From Curvularia clavata (Eukaryota): a stretch of DNA of 64,000 nt. The position numbers and the translations under genes are program-made. Below, one piece after another: positions 48,724-62,469 of this stretch. Below the pieces are notes generated by a model that did no database searches, was not told the DNA's origin, and worked only from the letters and a program-made list of their open reading frames with translations. The stretch covers positions 1,178,001 through 1,242,000 of the forward strand of contig CP089280.1 of NCBI GenBank assembly GCA_023920165.1, in the 5' to 3' direction. The first letter of the stretch is position 1. Each line of letters starts with the position of its first letter.

Positions 48724-49804
48724 CACGACGGTTCCCACAGCCTAGAAACGAATAGTAACAGACAAACAGTAGTAGGGCGAGAACCACGCGAACGGATCTA
48801 CCCTACGCAATGGTAGACTGTAAATAAAAGCGGCAAGAGTCGACTATTTGTTTTGTGGCACGTTAGGGAACGGCCGGTGAACAATGGTCGATCCCAGAAA
48901 CTCGGGAAGAACCAGGCAGGTATATGTAAGGACAACACAAATTAAGGTTTTTTCAATTACCGCGCCAAGTTGCCCGCGAAAAGGAACTCGTGTCTTCTGC
49001 GCTGTTGAAACGCCTTGGTCGTACAAAAAAGTCCACAACGAAGTGGTGATGTCATATCAACGTCTGAGCCCACGGCTACGTTCAGTTTTCGCGTTCGCGT
49101 CGGCATCTGCCCAACACCGATATTATGAGATCGAAGGATGATCGAAATTGTTAGTCTCGCTCATGGTGACCGATCTCCCGCCGCTCGTACTCGCACTAGG
49201 TGCCCGCGGGGTGCGGATTGCGATGAATGGTGGCTGGCGGGAGGCGGCACTAAAAGACTTCGATCGTCATGGCAGTTGGTGAAGCGGAGACCTAGTTTTG
49301 GTAATCCGTCTTTATGAAGATTCTACATTGACAGGATACAGACAACAGAACGTCTGGGCTGCGCATAACGAGGGTCGCGTCGGCGGTTCGATTGACGCGA
49401 ATTCTGTGGTTGCGTCATAGTGGATGAAGAGAACGCTAACGACCGCTTGACATCTTGGCTTGACTTCAGCTCGGAACTTGGGTAACCTGACATCTCCTTA
49501 TTATATCTTCCTTTCGCGACTCAATGGGGTTCGTGTGCCCGGAGGTCTCGGCTTCTTTGTGCTAGAAATACGAAGTTGTAACCCTACTGAGTAGACATCC
49601 TGGAACTGGCGCGGTAAATATGCTAGGCAACGACCATTGCAATCATCTGATAACAAATAAGTGAAAAGTATCTTGAGATAATTTGAGAGAAGGCAGGTAT
49701 TAGAACTACCTTCATCATTCCCTTTTGTATGCGTTTCATTATACCAACGACCAGCGGTGGCATTCATCATTTCGAGATACGTTCGTTGATCGCAGAAGCC
49801 CTGC

Positions 49805-51751
49805 TCAATGAAGATGTATCTGAACAACTTCATCTTCGTGCTGAACGCCCTCTCCATCCATCAAGCCGTGTACATATGCGTCTCCTACAATTGCATAATG
49901 ATTAGGAGCTTCACCTCGAACAGCTCGAATACAGAACGGGACCTGGCTTCCCATCAGAATAGCAATGCTATCACCCACCTCCATTTCAAGCGGTCCCATG
50001 CCCATTAAGCCATTGCTAGTAAGGAAAAACTTCCGATCAAGCGTCGCTCCACTCAGCGACCGATGGAAAGCCTTGATCTCGTTCATTCTACTTGTGTATT
50101 CTGAAGCTTTCTTTTCGTCTCTTCCTGCATTGCATTGGGCCCAGTCCCAGAAGTCCTCGGCTATACGGCTCACATTGGTTTCGCCAAACCGCCGGTAAGC
50201 ATTGAAGACTTCGCCATTGAACTTAAGCTGGGCGGAAAAGACGTCAGCTGAATTCATGCGCTGTGGTTGCCAGGCGTCATTAGTGATTGTCCGCCAGAAA
50301 GCCTCATTCTGCGAGTGTTTGGAGGAGCAACTTGGATCCGTTGTAGCAAGTCCAGCGATGCAGCGCCATGATGTGATGCGTTCAATGAGTTCGTGCCAGT
50401 CGTGGTTTCCTGCCAAGGTTGACCCTACTTTTGAGACGGTGCAAGATGGTCGGAAGCCGTCTGTTATCAGGGTGTTATCTAATCGTCTGATGTTGGCTTT
50501 CCTGCCACCTGCAGCAGCAAAGAGTACTGCGCGGTTGATTCTGTGACCAGTCGCTGAGCTGGAACTTCGCGAGCTGGAGCCCCTTTGAGTGACCCACGAA
50601 GGTACACCGGGAATATCCGCTCGAGTCGTGCCCATCAATATATGCAAGGAATGAGTGCTCTGAATGTGTCGGGTGACCACCTCCATAAATACTTCCCTCG
50701 GAGTCAGGGTATAGTCGGGAATCAAGGGTGGCCCACCCAGCCAGTCTGTGACCAACCCCAATACGCCAAACACTTTGTCCCGAATGTCTGTCGCCTCGCG
50801 CAGGTGAGTTCGACTCATAACCTGGTACAGGCTCAGTTTCTTGCCTTGTGCTTTTGCCGCCCGCAACCAATCCAAGTCATCATACATGACCTTTCTCAAT
50901 TCGACAATGGTACGCAGTTCGCGACCACCTTGTGCTTGTTGCAAATCGCCACAGCAGTGTATATGGCGCGCAGCAGAACGAGTAGCTTCTGCGAGCAGAG
51001 TCCAAGGAGCGGTAATGTTGCAGTATATGACTTTGGCTTTTCGAGCGAGGATCGATTCCTGAACAACCCAAATTCGCGTCCACCAGGGATGACTACTCAA
51101 GGTGTGCATGGCCCGAATGATGGAGAGCCAAGTCTTTTTGGCTTGTAGTTTGTCTCCATGAACATCAAAGAAGGGTATTTCGTGAACATGTTTGTCCATG
51201 GCACGAAGTTTCATGAACACAAAGAGCCCGACTACGTCTTCTGCTTCACAGTCTTTTTTATTTGAGCCGTCTTGCAATGTTTTTCGCTTAAAGTAGGAGT
51301 CGATGAGTACCAAATCGGTGTCGTTTCCTGTCCATTCGACGATGTCGGGCTGGTCCATGGGGGCTTGCAAATCGCGACCGTAGCCGAGCCAGATCAGAAC
51401 CTCCTGGGCAGAGCTGTATATCTCACCCATGCACTGGACTTGCTCAGACCGCTCGTGGGTATCTGATTGATTGATGCAGACGGCATCGAGCCAAAGAGTC
51501 AAAACCTCATTTTCAGTGCGCAGTCTTTGAAGGCCAGTAACAACATTCTCGGTCACCGCCAGTTGGTGTCCGTTCACTGTGATGTGCTGCTTTTTCGTCG
51601 CGTCACCCCATACATACGATATGGCTTGAAAGCTTGGATGGTTGTTCAATGATACGGTTTCCAAGTGGCATTCGATGTCGTCATTCCAGTTACCTGGGTG
51701 GAGATGCAATAAACGTATCTCTTTGCGAGAGGTATTGAGTGGCGAATACAT
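49805..51751 (-). CDS. HET-domain (HET-6-like) heterokaryon incompatibility protein, intronless
   Basis: IRLLHLHPG, FQAISYVWG, LWLDAVCINQSD..ERSEQVQCMGEIYSSA, WWTRIWVVQE, RDKVFG and GDAYVHGLMDGE motifs. Confidence 0.92.
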   Translation of the reverse strand: MYSPLNTSRKEIRLLHLHPGNWNDDIECHLETVSLNNHPSFQAISYVWGDATKKQHITVNGHQLAVTENVVTGLQRLRTENEVLTLWLDAVCINQSDTHERSEQVQCMGEIYSSAQEVLIWLGYGRDLQAPMDQPDIVEWTGNDTDLVLIDSYFKRKTLQDGSNKKDCEAEDVVGLFVFMKLRAMDKHVHEIPFFDVHGDKLQAKKTWLSIIRAMHTLSSHPWWTRIWVVQESILARKAKVIYCNITAPWTLLAEATRSAARHIHCCGDLQQAQGGRELRTIVELRKVMYDDLDWLRAAKAQGKKLSLYQVMSRTHLREATDIRDKVFGVLGLVTDWLGGPPLIPDYTLTPREVFMEVVTRHIQSTHSLHILMGTTRADIPGVPSWVTQRGSSSRSSSSATGHRINRAVLFAAAGGRKANIRRLDNTLITDGFRPSCTVSKVGSTLAGNHDWHELIERITSWRCIAGLATTDPSCSSKHSQNEAFWRTITNDAWQPQRMNSADVFSAQLKFNGEVFNAYRRFGETNVSRIAEDFWDWAQCNAGRDEKKASEYTSRMNEIKAFHRSLSGATLDRKFFLTSNGLMGMGPLEMEVGDSIAILMGSQVPFCIRAVRGEAPNHYAIVGDAYVHGLMDGEGVQHEDEVVQIHLH

Positions 51752-52625
51752 TTCTATGGCGTGAAATGTGTGAACTATGGAATTGCAGGCATGCAACGAT
51801 TAAATATTCCGACAGCTAACTTAAGAGGGCCCATAGCGATAAGAAGCAGACCTGGAAATTACTGGCACACTCAACACTGTAGATTATGATTGGTGTTTTT
51901 CGTGTGAAGGATTGAGTATGGATTGGGGGTGGCTGTGTGTACTTCAGAGCAGACTTTACCCAAAGTTGCCTGACGCCCGTTGACACCAATTACCGTTTCT
52001 ATTCTGGACTCCGGGACCTGGCCATTGGCCATCTGAGTTCCACTCCCCTATAGGTTTGTCAGACCCTGAAGTAAGCACGTTTCTTACACCATTGATGAGG
52101 TGTGTAATCCCCTGAGAAGAAGTTGTGTTGTACCCTATTCCCGGGATGGAGAGAGGTAATGGTGTCAGTATGCAAGTTGAGCGATTCGGAGCAGAGCATT
52201 TTGCGCATAGAAAGAGAGCAGTGATGAAGCGACAGGGATAGTGAATGCAATCCCTTGATGGGCACGCAATAGTACCAGTGCTCAGAAGGCTGGCCTAAAC
52301 AGGGTTCCAGATGTGCAAGGGACGTTACGCGTCCAACCGTGTCTTGTCAGGGCCGAGGCCGCCAAGTTGTGATCGGCGCTAGTCGTCCCTTGTCGTCAAG
52401 CCCGCATTAGTGCGGCGCCTCGAGTTTGTACGAGGCCAGGCGCGGAAATGTACGGTTGGCAGCTGTCCAGATGTTCTCGATCAGTGTCGTTGTCTCTTTC
52501 CTTAGCATCTGCTTTCCTATTGTCACGGTTGGGCCTATGATATTATCTCCCTAGTAATCTTCACCACTCATGCCCTATATTGGCCTGCGAACCTCAGTAA
52601 ACGATTGCGCACCTTGGGAGACACC

Positions 52626-54202
52626 ATGGTAATCAGGACTGCGACCGGAACGCTGGGAGGGGTGTCGATGAAGCACCTCTCTCTGGTAACGGTAACTACA
52701 CTCCCGGATTGACTATTGCTGCCAGACATGGGCTAATGGTTACACAGTTGACGATCCAGAACTCAGCCCTCATTCTAGTATGCACATCCCACAAGACAGC
52801 TGACAGCATCGGCCCAACCGGATACAAGGACGGACATGGAAGCAGTGTACAACAATGCCAGACTGGTGGCTGACGCGCATTAGATCATGCATTATTCGAG
52901 GATAATGCCTCTCGCTGGAGGTCAAAGATACCACACAAGCACAAGTGTCTTCTTGAATGAGGTGATCAAGTTGACTATCAGCTTGACCATGGTACGACGG
53001 CTTTGAAAAGAAAACGAAGTCATGAGGCATGCGCTGACCTTTCAATAGGCGCTATACGAGATGTCCAAAACCCTCCCGTCCAACACTACCATCGCAACGC
53101 TCTCCCATACCTTGACGACCGCCATCTTCACCAACGAAAGCTGGAAACTCGCCATACCTGCCGTTATATACACTATACAGAATAACCTTCAGTACTTGGC
53201 TGTCAGCAACTTGGATGCGGCAACTTTCCAGGTCACGTACCAGCTTAAGATCTTGACAACGGCCATATTCAGCGTCCTGTTGCTAGGGAGAAGCCTTTCA
53301 GCGCGCAAGTGGCTCTCTCTACTACTCCTCGTTGTTGGTGTTTCCATTATACAGGTTCCCCAGGCAATTTCTCAGCCAGAAGTACCGGGGTCGCAATCCA
53401 CGCCCTGGACAAAGACGCTCGAGCAGCTGCATGGTCTCGGCAACAATGTTGCAGCGCGTATGGCGAAACGATCCGGATCCTACGAAGGCATTCACGCAGA
53501 CCGTGCAGCGCAGGTGCCACATATGAACAAACGCGTCGGGCTCCTTGCCGTCCTCATCTCTTGTGCGCTGTCTGGGCTGGCTGGCGTATTGTTTGAAAAG
53601 ATCCTAAAAGACTCGACAAGCGCCAAGACTACAACATTGTGGGTACGCAACTGCCAACTCTCGTTCTGGTCGCTCTTTCCATCGCTGTTTCTGGGTGTGA
53701 TTTGGAAGGACGGAGAAATCATAGCCAAAACTGGATTCTTTGCCGGCTACAATTGGGTCGTGTGGACTGCCATAGGGTTCCAAGCAGCTGGTGGTGTCAT
53801 TGTCGCGTTGGTCATAAATTATGCCGACAACATTGCCAAGAATTTTGCAACCTCCATCTCCATCCTTCTCAGCTGCATTGCTAGCGTATACTTCTTCGAC
53901 TTCAAAGTGACACGATCGGTAAGTCAACCTCAAGGCCCTAATAAACCACTGCTAACGAGTTGCAGTTTTTCCTTGGCACTAGCATCGTTTTGTTTGCGAC
54001 CTATCTCTACACCAAGCCAGAACGAGGGATGCAGCAGTCCACAGTAAAGATTGCCAATTTTGAGAAGACCACAGTTGAGCGATCTTATGACGACCGTGGG
54101 TATGATGCTGTACCATCGAATCCGTCAAGGTATGACGGGGTACGTCAGCCGTCACCAGGGTCGCCGACATTGGAACGACATTCCCATAAACGAGATGCCT
54201 AA
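52626..54202 (+). CDS. Nucleotide-sugar (UDP-galactose, Gms1-like) transporter, 4 introns
   Basis: LTIQNSALIL|IMHYSR, YTIQNNLQY, FQVTYQLKILTTAIFS, GVLFEKILK and YADNIAKNFATSISI motifs. Confidence 0.9.
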
Positions 54203-54482
54203 AGATTTCATAGCATAGATTTTGTAAATAATACAAAAGAGACTGCCCTAAGGCTCTGTGGCAAGTGGAGATGTTTTCATCACAATATTTGATGGCTTCA
54301 CTAAAGACTGCGCACGTCGAGGCCCGTCGGTCGCAGCTTCCTCCATGGTGCCTTCCACTTTTGCTACGACATCTCGCACTCAACGCGCTATTCTAGAATT
54401 TCCCTGCGGCACCAGACCGACCTTTTGTTCATGCTCATCCATCACTCGCAACGGACTCTAACTCAGCATACGCGTATTCGGG

Positions 54483-57400
54483 ATGGATGAACGGCTCCAT
54501 GCTTACGATGGCGACAGTTCACGATATGAGTCGCGTTACGATATCCTCCAGCCTCAATTCAAGCAACCCGCACGTCCAGTTGCTCACCGGGATCGTTACC
54601 GTACAATCCGCTATGATGATCCCATGTATGATACAGTCGAAGACGCGGGCGCGGATGACCTAGACTCTCAGCTTGATTCCTTCGGTACTTGCACCAGCCT
54701 GGCTTTCCAGAATCTGAGACAATCTAATATTGTGTAGACAACAGGCTGCCTCAGGAACTACATCCCGCTCGCCAGCACCAAGTCCCGCAAAGCAAAGGGA
54801 GATTGTCGTTTGCACCTGGCCCATCTGCATTCTGCAGCAACGACATACTCGCCCACACTCAACCGTCGAACGTTACTCGTGGTAGCCACTCAAATGGGCA
54901 CCAAGGTGAGACTACCGACCATTCTTCAAGGTAAAGCTAATGAGATAATAGGCGACCATCGATCGCATCTCGAGCAGGATATGAATAGTCAGTTCAGTAA
55001 GCACCCGACATCACTAGCCATTGTTGACCATGCTGACTGCTCCCAAGATTGTTTTGCTCACCACCCTGGACAACACCAAGAATTGACCTCTGATCCCCCG
55101 ATGGACTCATCCTCTAGCCCAGCGTACAAAGCAAATCAACGCCGTATGGAGCAGGCTGCCCTAGGTGCGTCACAATGCGGTTCGCGGGCCAAGTTGTCTA
55201 GGAACGGTCTGCAGTACGATACGGAATTACAACATTACGGGCATAGACAGCCTTGCCGGCAAGCGGTATCTCTTGAATCCCAGGAAAGGAATTATCACCA
55301 AGTGCCAACAATGACTCAAAAAATGGACAAAGCGTCTCTTTGCAATGGCCAACAAACCCCTAGGGAGCTACGAACGGATGATATGAGCGAACTAAATGCT
55401 CCCCCAATGTGCCAGGGTATCCGTCTTGTCCCAGTGGCAACTTTGCCAGATTGCCTTCGAACAGTGTTTCCTTATCCGACATTCAATGCAGTGCAGTCCA
55501 AGTGCTTTGACAAAATCTTCCGTTCTGACGACAACTTTGTGCTTGCAGCTCCGACTGGCAGTGGAAAAACAGTGATACTTGAGCTTGCCATATGTCGAGT
55601 CTTAGTTACCAATGCTACAGGCCAATACAAGATTGTCTATCAAGCACCCACCAAGGCTTTGTGCTCAGAACGACAACGCGACTGGAAGGCCAAGTTTGAA
55701 AAGATTGGTCTTAAATGTGCAGAGCTTACTGGCGACAGCGACGCCTCAGATCTCCGACAGGTACAATCCGCTAACATCATCATTACAACACCAGAGAAAT
55801 GGGACAGCATGACCAGGAAATGGAAAGACCACGAGAAACTGATGAGACTCATTAAGGTTTTCCTTATTGATGAAGTTCACATACTCAAAGAGGACCGCGG
55901 CGCGACCCTGGAGGCAGTCGTCTCTCGCATGAAATCTATTGGAACCAATGTCCGTTTTGTTGCATTATCAGCCACAGTACCTAATTTCAAGGATATAGCA
56001 AGGTGGCTTGGACGTAGCTCATTCAAATCGGATATCCCAGCTCTCAACGAAAGTTTTGGCGAAGAATTTCGACCGGTGAAGTTACGCAAGTACGTTTGTG
56101 GATATGCATTTCACGACAACAATGATTTCAAATTCGAGAAATTTCTCGATACCAGGATTCCGGATGTCATAGCTAGTTACTCGGAACGCAAGCCGATAAT
56201 GGTGTTCTGCGCGACCAGGAAGTCCACCGCCAGCACAGCCAAACTGATCGCCAGCTGGTGGGCTTCCAACACGGGTAGTGACCGCTTCTGGGTAGCGCCG
56301 TCAAAATCGATCCCAGTTCTTAATAAGGAGCTCCGTGAAACAGTCGCTTCAGGGGTCGCTTTCCATCATGCCGGGCTCGACGCGGACGATCGAATACAGA
56401 TCGAGAGCAACTTCATTGCCGGTGAAATCAGCGTCATCTGTTGCACGTCTACTCTCGCTATCGGGGTGAATCTTCCTTGTCATCTCGTCATAATCAAGAA
56501 TACAGTAGTGTGGAGTACGGCAGGACTCCAAGAGTACTCTGACTTGGAAATGATGCAGATGCTTGGTCGTGCAGGCCGTCCCCAGTTTGACAATACTGCC
56601 GTGGCGGTCATAATGACGCGACAGGCAAAAGTCCGTCACTACGAATCGATGGTAACGGGGCGAGAAATAATAGAAAGCAAGCTTCACTTGAACTTGGTCG
56701 ATCATATGAACGCCGAGATCGGTCTCGGGACGATTCGAGATTTGCCATCAACCAGAAAGTGGCTCAAAGGTACCTTTCTTTTCGTTCGGCTACAGCAAAA
56801 CCCTGAATACTACAAACTAGAGGGCGACACAGCTGGTCAAAGTATCGAAGAGCAGGTAGATGACATCTGTTTTCGCGACATCAATCTTCTCCGAGAGAGC
56901 AACCTGGTCTCTGGTCAAGAATTCTTTAAATGTACCGAGTTTGGACATGCCATGTCGCGGTATTATGTGTGTTTCGAGACGATGAAACTTTTCATGGAAC
57001 TTCAGCCGAAGTCGCCTCCCTCCGAGATTGTGAGTTACTAGCAGCTTTGGCCACTTTTATGTAGACTACTAACCGACGTGCAGCTTTCGGTCATTGTGCA
57101 AGCTAAAGAGTACTCCAACATACGCTTCCGTCAAGGCGAAAAGTCACTTTACAAAGCCCTGAACAAGTCCCCTTCCATCCGCTGGCCTTTCCCTGTCAAT
57201 TTGGATCTCCCCGCACAGAAGATATCGCTTATAATCCAGTCAGTTCTTGGATCTGCCGATATCTCGTGGGAGGGCGAATTGGCCAAGCACAAGACACAGT
57301 ACACGACTGATACAATGATAGTATTCAAGAACCTAGGTAGTCTAATTCGGTGCATCATCGACTGCCAGATTGTGTTGGGCGATGCTGTCACCATTCACAG

Positions 57401-59495
57401 TGCTTTGATGCTCGAACGGAGCTTTGGTGCCAGGGCTTGGGATGACAGCCCACTCCAGATGAAGCAAATTGAGACTTTAGGCGTGGTCTCTGTCAGAAAG
57501 CTCGTTAATGCAGGCATTAAATCTATAGAGGATCTCGAAGCCTGCGAACCTCAAAGAATTGAGGCTCTGATTGGGAGAAACCCACCTTATGGCCTGAAAA
57601 TTCTCAAAAACATCAAAGACTTTCCAAAGCTTCGCGTTTCGCTCCAAGCACAGACTTCCACGGTGAGAGAATTTGAAGTAATTGTCTACGTACTTGCTAA
57701 CAAGCGGTAAGATCATGAAAATTCCAGAAGGTGTGAAAATCCAGATCAAGGCGGACGTTGGTTTCATGAATGAGCGCCCACCGCATGAGTTCAATAAGAA
57801 GATCATCTATGTTTGCCTCTTATTGGAGACATCTGATGGACGCAAGTCGCACTTTGCCCGCATCAGGTACGCATTTATTCTTTCTCAACTCGCTTAGTGC
57901 TTACTTCTTCCAGTGGTTCCAAACTCGGTACTGGCCAAACTATTACTGTACCCGTTCTCTTAACTAGTCCTGACCAGTCTATAAACTGTCATGTCATGTG
58001 CGATGGGATAGGTACGTCTAAATTTATCTTTAAAGTGAGACTTGCTGACCTTTTTTTAGCTGGCAGCATGCGCAGTGCCACAGTGAGACCTCAGATACCT
58101 TCATGGATGCATCCGTCTTCGAGAAACACTACTCTAGATACTTCAGCCCCAAATCAGTCCAACATGTCAAAGAGGCGCATTGAGAACATCAAAGCAACCC
58201 GGAAACCAACCACTTCCAGCGATGATTTCGGTGACGGTGATCTTGATGATGACGCGCTTGTCGAAGCTGCTGATGTAGAGCTGGAATTCAATCCCATAGA
58301 GTCATATGATGATCCGCTGGCTACCATCACGGCTTCCAACACCGCAAAGACTATCCCGAACAAAGGAAAGGGCACAGTAAACAGTCGGAGTCTTACCAAA
58401 CAACCCGAAGCTGTTGTTGAAAACACTACTCAGGGCCCAGTGCAGCTTCCCAACGGAAAATGGGTTTGTAATCACCCCTGTAAAGACCGCCAAGCATGCA
58501 AGCATCTGTGTTGTAAGAATGGTATGGATAAACCACCTAAGAAAAAACAAGTAACCAAGTCTGTCCAACCATGCGAAACATGGCCGCAGCGGCAGCCGAA
58601 CGCCCCACCCCCAAAGAACAAGGAAATTCAAACAAGAATTCAGCTTACAGCGACTAAACGAAAGTCTTTGGCGGAGATCGAAGAGTTAGATCTTACCCAG
58701 CAAGACAAGAGGCAAAAGGTAGACCAAGTTGAAAAGGACCCAAAAGACCGATACAAGCAGCAGAGCGCAACCAAAGGAAAAGATCAAATCTGTGGGTTTG
58801 GCTCTTCAGCGCATTCGAAGTCATCTCATTGCTATCCCCAGCAGCGTTCAGCCAGATCTTCTTCTGTGGGTCTCTTCGTGGCGGAGCGACCTCTCGACTC
58901 AAGCGACTACGGCAGTATACCTTTTCATGAGGGGCTTGACTCTCCCCAACAGTGCAGTTCATCGCTGGGGTTATACAATTCACAACCACATGATGAGGAC
59001 TTCATGGACTGTGAGCCGATCACCGCTGGTGCGTCTCCGAGATCGGACACATTCGGTGATGACGACTCATTGTTGGGAGATGCAATGATTGGTCTGGCCG
59101 ATTCTTACAACCTGCAAGCCAACAATGAAAGTGAGACCAATACAATGCAGGGCATCAAAAAGGGATTGGGCTGTGGCAACAAAGAAAGTCTCAATGAAGC
59201 ACGAGAATGGATGAACAAGAATGCCACAAATTTTACCTATGGCGTTTTAGCGCATGCGCTTGAAGATGAGACGGAAGAAAATGTCACCCTGAAGACTGGG
59301 GCAATATTGTCCCATTCAAGCCAAGGCGAGCGGAAATCAACGGTGGAGAACAGCGCTCTGTCCTCGGCAGGTGTGTTTGACGAGTCTATCCAAAGAGCTA
59401 CATCGGAACAAAAGTCAGTCCCCGATGCTTTCAAGGACCTAGAGCCGTGGCTATTCCAAGAGTTCGGCAACATTATAGAGCTTGTTGATGAGTGA
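54483..59495 (+). CDS. MER3: Meiotic ATP-dependent DNA helicase Mer3/HFM1 (Ski2-like helicase + Sec63 + Zn finger), multi-intron
   Basis: APTGSGKT, TTPEKWDS, DEVH, SAT, QMLGRAGRPQFD, a Sec63-like region and CNHPCKDRQACKHLCC. Confidence 0.9.
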
Positions 59496-59824
59496 AGATA
59501 CCAGTCCATCCTAGTACTGGAGGCAAGGTGAGGAGTAATGGAGTAATGTGATTATCCAGCTACATCTTTACTTGAGGTGCCCACCTAGTTCAACATTGTT
59601 TATGTTCTCGGTGCTCTTGTCATCGTTGTATGTCGAACAGTACTTGCCATTGATCTTGCACAACGGTATATTACAGAGTGATTCACTCAGTCTTCTCATC
59701 TATCTAAAAAGCATTCCTATTTGTCCCTTTCCAACCCAGATTACACACGTTCAACTCCTATCCGCTAAGAACGCACTGTCTCGGAATTTGAACACTGACA
59801 GAATACCTACCAACTTCTTCCAAA

Positions 59825-61033
59825 ATGGACACATCGGATACTACTTCAAGCGGTGAATTCAATGCAGGCTGGACACACATCCAGACGCCTCCTTCGCCTG
59901 TAGCTTACGAGAGTCCTTCTACGGGGCGGAGGAGGCCGTCGCCGCCGCCGGGGCAACTACTACCTCCCAGCAACGATGTATCACCGGCAACTCCTCCAAG
60001 CAGCGATTTCACTGTAGGCTCGTCACACATCTGGACACCTGGCTCTTCTTTTATATCTTACGAGGGCCGATCTCCTTCGCCGGCGCCACAACAACTGCCG
60101 CCACCGCCACCACCTATTCCATGGTTGTGCGCTGATTTCTGGCATTGTGCGAGGGCTATAGGTGGTTTTTGTGAGCCTCGAGACATTGTCACTTGTCCTG
60201 GGATTGTGGATTTCGGCTATCCCACCTCACTGACCTACATCGAAGACATCGAACACCCGGATGGCCCCGAGACAGTTGTCACATGCGGACATTGTAGGAC
60301 TCACGTTGATGACTACGAACAGCTTAGGCATGCCATGATTACTGCCGATGCCGACATCAACCCCTTTTCTGGCTACCGCACTCAGCTCTGCCGTGGCTGC
60401 ATCCGCGACGAAGTCGAACTCTACTGGCTCCGCCAAGGTCAGCCCAATCCTGGCCCAGCTCAGAACAGCACCCTGGCTATGGTACGCCAGTGGCCCGCCG
60501 CGAACGGTGTCCAGGATCTCTGCATTTGCGAGGAGAACTCTATCGCTAAGTGGGCACGTACGCACTGCCACGCCTGCCGGACGACCCTCTTTCTTCGCGA
60601 CACGCATGCTAGATGGCAAATCGCCGAACATGTCCTGCGCCACCATAACAAAGCCGTCATCACTGGCAAGTGTCCGCACCGTCTTGAAGAGGACCTCTAT
60701 GCACCTGAGAACCGTGTCTCAGAAGATATCGTTGCCCGTCGCATGGCCAACGGTATCGGCCGCATGTGCCCCTGTGGTGAAAAGCCCAAAGAGCAGAGCA
60801 CACCCGAGTACATTACTTTCTGCATGGGCTGCTCCGGTGTGCGCATCGATCCTGCGCATTTGCCCCCGGAGTTGCAGGAAGATGCTGTTCTTGCTTCATA
60901 TCGGCGACGCCAGTCGCTGAGGAACCCAGATCGTAACACCAAGGGTCCGGCGCAGGCCCGCAAGGATCCTATGAATAGGGTTAACACTGAGTGTGGTTGG
61001 ATGGGACCAGATCCGTGGCTGAATGGTCATTAA
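59825..61033 (+). CDS. Hypothetical protein with a Pro/Ser-rich N-terminus and many CxxC motifs
   Basis: Intronless 402-aa ORF with CGHC, CRGC, CIC, CHAC, CPC and CMGC. Confidence 0.75.
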   Translation: MDTSDTTSSGEFNAGWTHIQTPPSPVAYESPSTGRRRPSPPPGQLLPPSNDVSPATPPSSDFTVGSSHIWTPGSSFISYEGRSPSPAPQQLPPPPPPIPWLCADFWHCARAIGGFCEPRDIVTCPGIVDFGYPTSLTYIEDIEHPDGPETVVTCGHCRTHVDDYEQLRHAMITADADINPFSGYRTQLCRGCIRDEVELYWLRQGQPNPGPAQNSTLAMVRQWPAANGVQDLCICEENSIAKWARTHCHACRTTLFLRDTHARWQIAEHVLRHHNKAVITGKCPHRLEEDLYAPENRVSEDIVARRMANGIGRMCPCGEKPKEQSTPEYITFCMGCSGVRIDPAHLPPELQEDAVLASYRRRQSLRNPDRNTKGPAQARKDPMNRVNTECGWMGPDPWLNGH

Positions 61034-62469
61034 GCTGGTGAGACCGAGTGGAGAAGTGTTGGAGTGATCATTGCAGGATTTGCGGTGAAGAATCACTGAT
61101 ATGTGGAGTGTGATTTCTTTTGTTTTGGGGAGTTTGGAGGTTTTGGCTTGTGGGAGACTTTTTGTATAAACCCAAAAAAAAAGAAAAAGAAACGCACTTT
61201 AAAGTAGCTCAAGTAAGAAGAGCTTCCGCTCGATTCTAAATTTTCGTGGTTGGCTTTTCATTGCTGGACTTGTCTTCTTTGCGTTACGAGAAAAGAACGC
61301 AGCGTGCGTGAATATTCTTATCTAGTTGAGTAATGTCCATCATGTCATGTAAACATTATGATCTCAGGATACCAAGCCGTATTCTAATAGTAGTTGAATC
61401 AATGGTACACGTTTGGAGTGCCTTCCCTCCCATAAGTGTAAAATCGATTGGCCCGCTATTGCATGGGCTAGGATTCGGCTAACATGATATCGACTCCGGT
61501 TGTTTTGGCTAAAATAAGTATCTGCCAGAATATACCTATACATCGCGTCAGTTACTGCGATGCTAGATCCACCGTAACGACACAAATTTCGTGTACTTCA
61601 AATCCAAATCATATCATGACTCAAGAATATAGCTCCTCCAAATATGTCATGTAATTAATTTTGTCGTGCCTTCTTACAAGCGGATCTTGCTATTGGGTAT
61701 TTAACATTACCCTCTTACCGCTGGCTTTACGGTCAATCATGATCGTGACTATTTTCAGCTCTTTTAGCGTTTCCAAGTCTAAGGCGCTATAACTTAGCAT
61801 ATTGGGGCTCTAAAACTAATATATACGCTCTATTCCCAGCGCAGAATTTAATCATGGCATTCAAGAGCTCTAGTCAGCCTCGTTGTGGCTGTGACAAGCA
61901 AGGCAGTGCAAGGTAAGGCGATGTTGTCACCCTGGCTGGTACTCGAAACTACCCCGCGAAGACTGAGTCAATATACTAGAATTCACATGGGTGACTCCGC
62001 TAGCATATCGACATCAGTTGTGGGCCAGCCATGGCTCAGCACATTGGCCTTTCAAAATTAATTACACTCGCTGGCAAGACAGGCTCCACGCCGCAAATGT
62101 AACACAGCATTAGATCTACGGCTAAACTAAGCGCCCGCCCTAGCCCCTCACTCTGGGTTACCCTATTCAGTTAGTCAACAGACGCCTATTAAGTGTTGGC
62201 GTCGATAAGGCAATATTGCTGCCTAGTCGCTTAGAAGGTCACCGGTGAGAGCTCGCTTCAGGCTTGATGTTCGCCAATTATTTATTCTTGATGAATCCGA
62301 GTTAAAATGATGTTTTTTTACTTCAACGTTGTTTCTTCTATCGGCCTGTTCACTATCCACATAACTCTCTAGCATCACATTACACCTAGGCGCCAAAAGT
62401 GTTACGCGGAGTTTGAATGTGTACCTAATCACCATATCCTAATCTCCTTTTGCAATTTACCGTAATACG

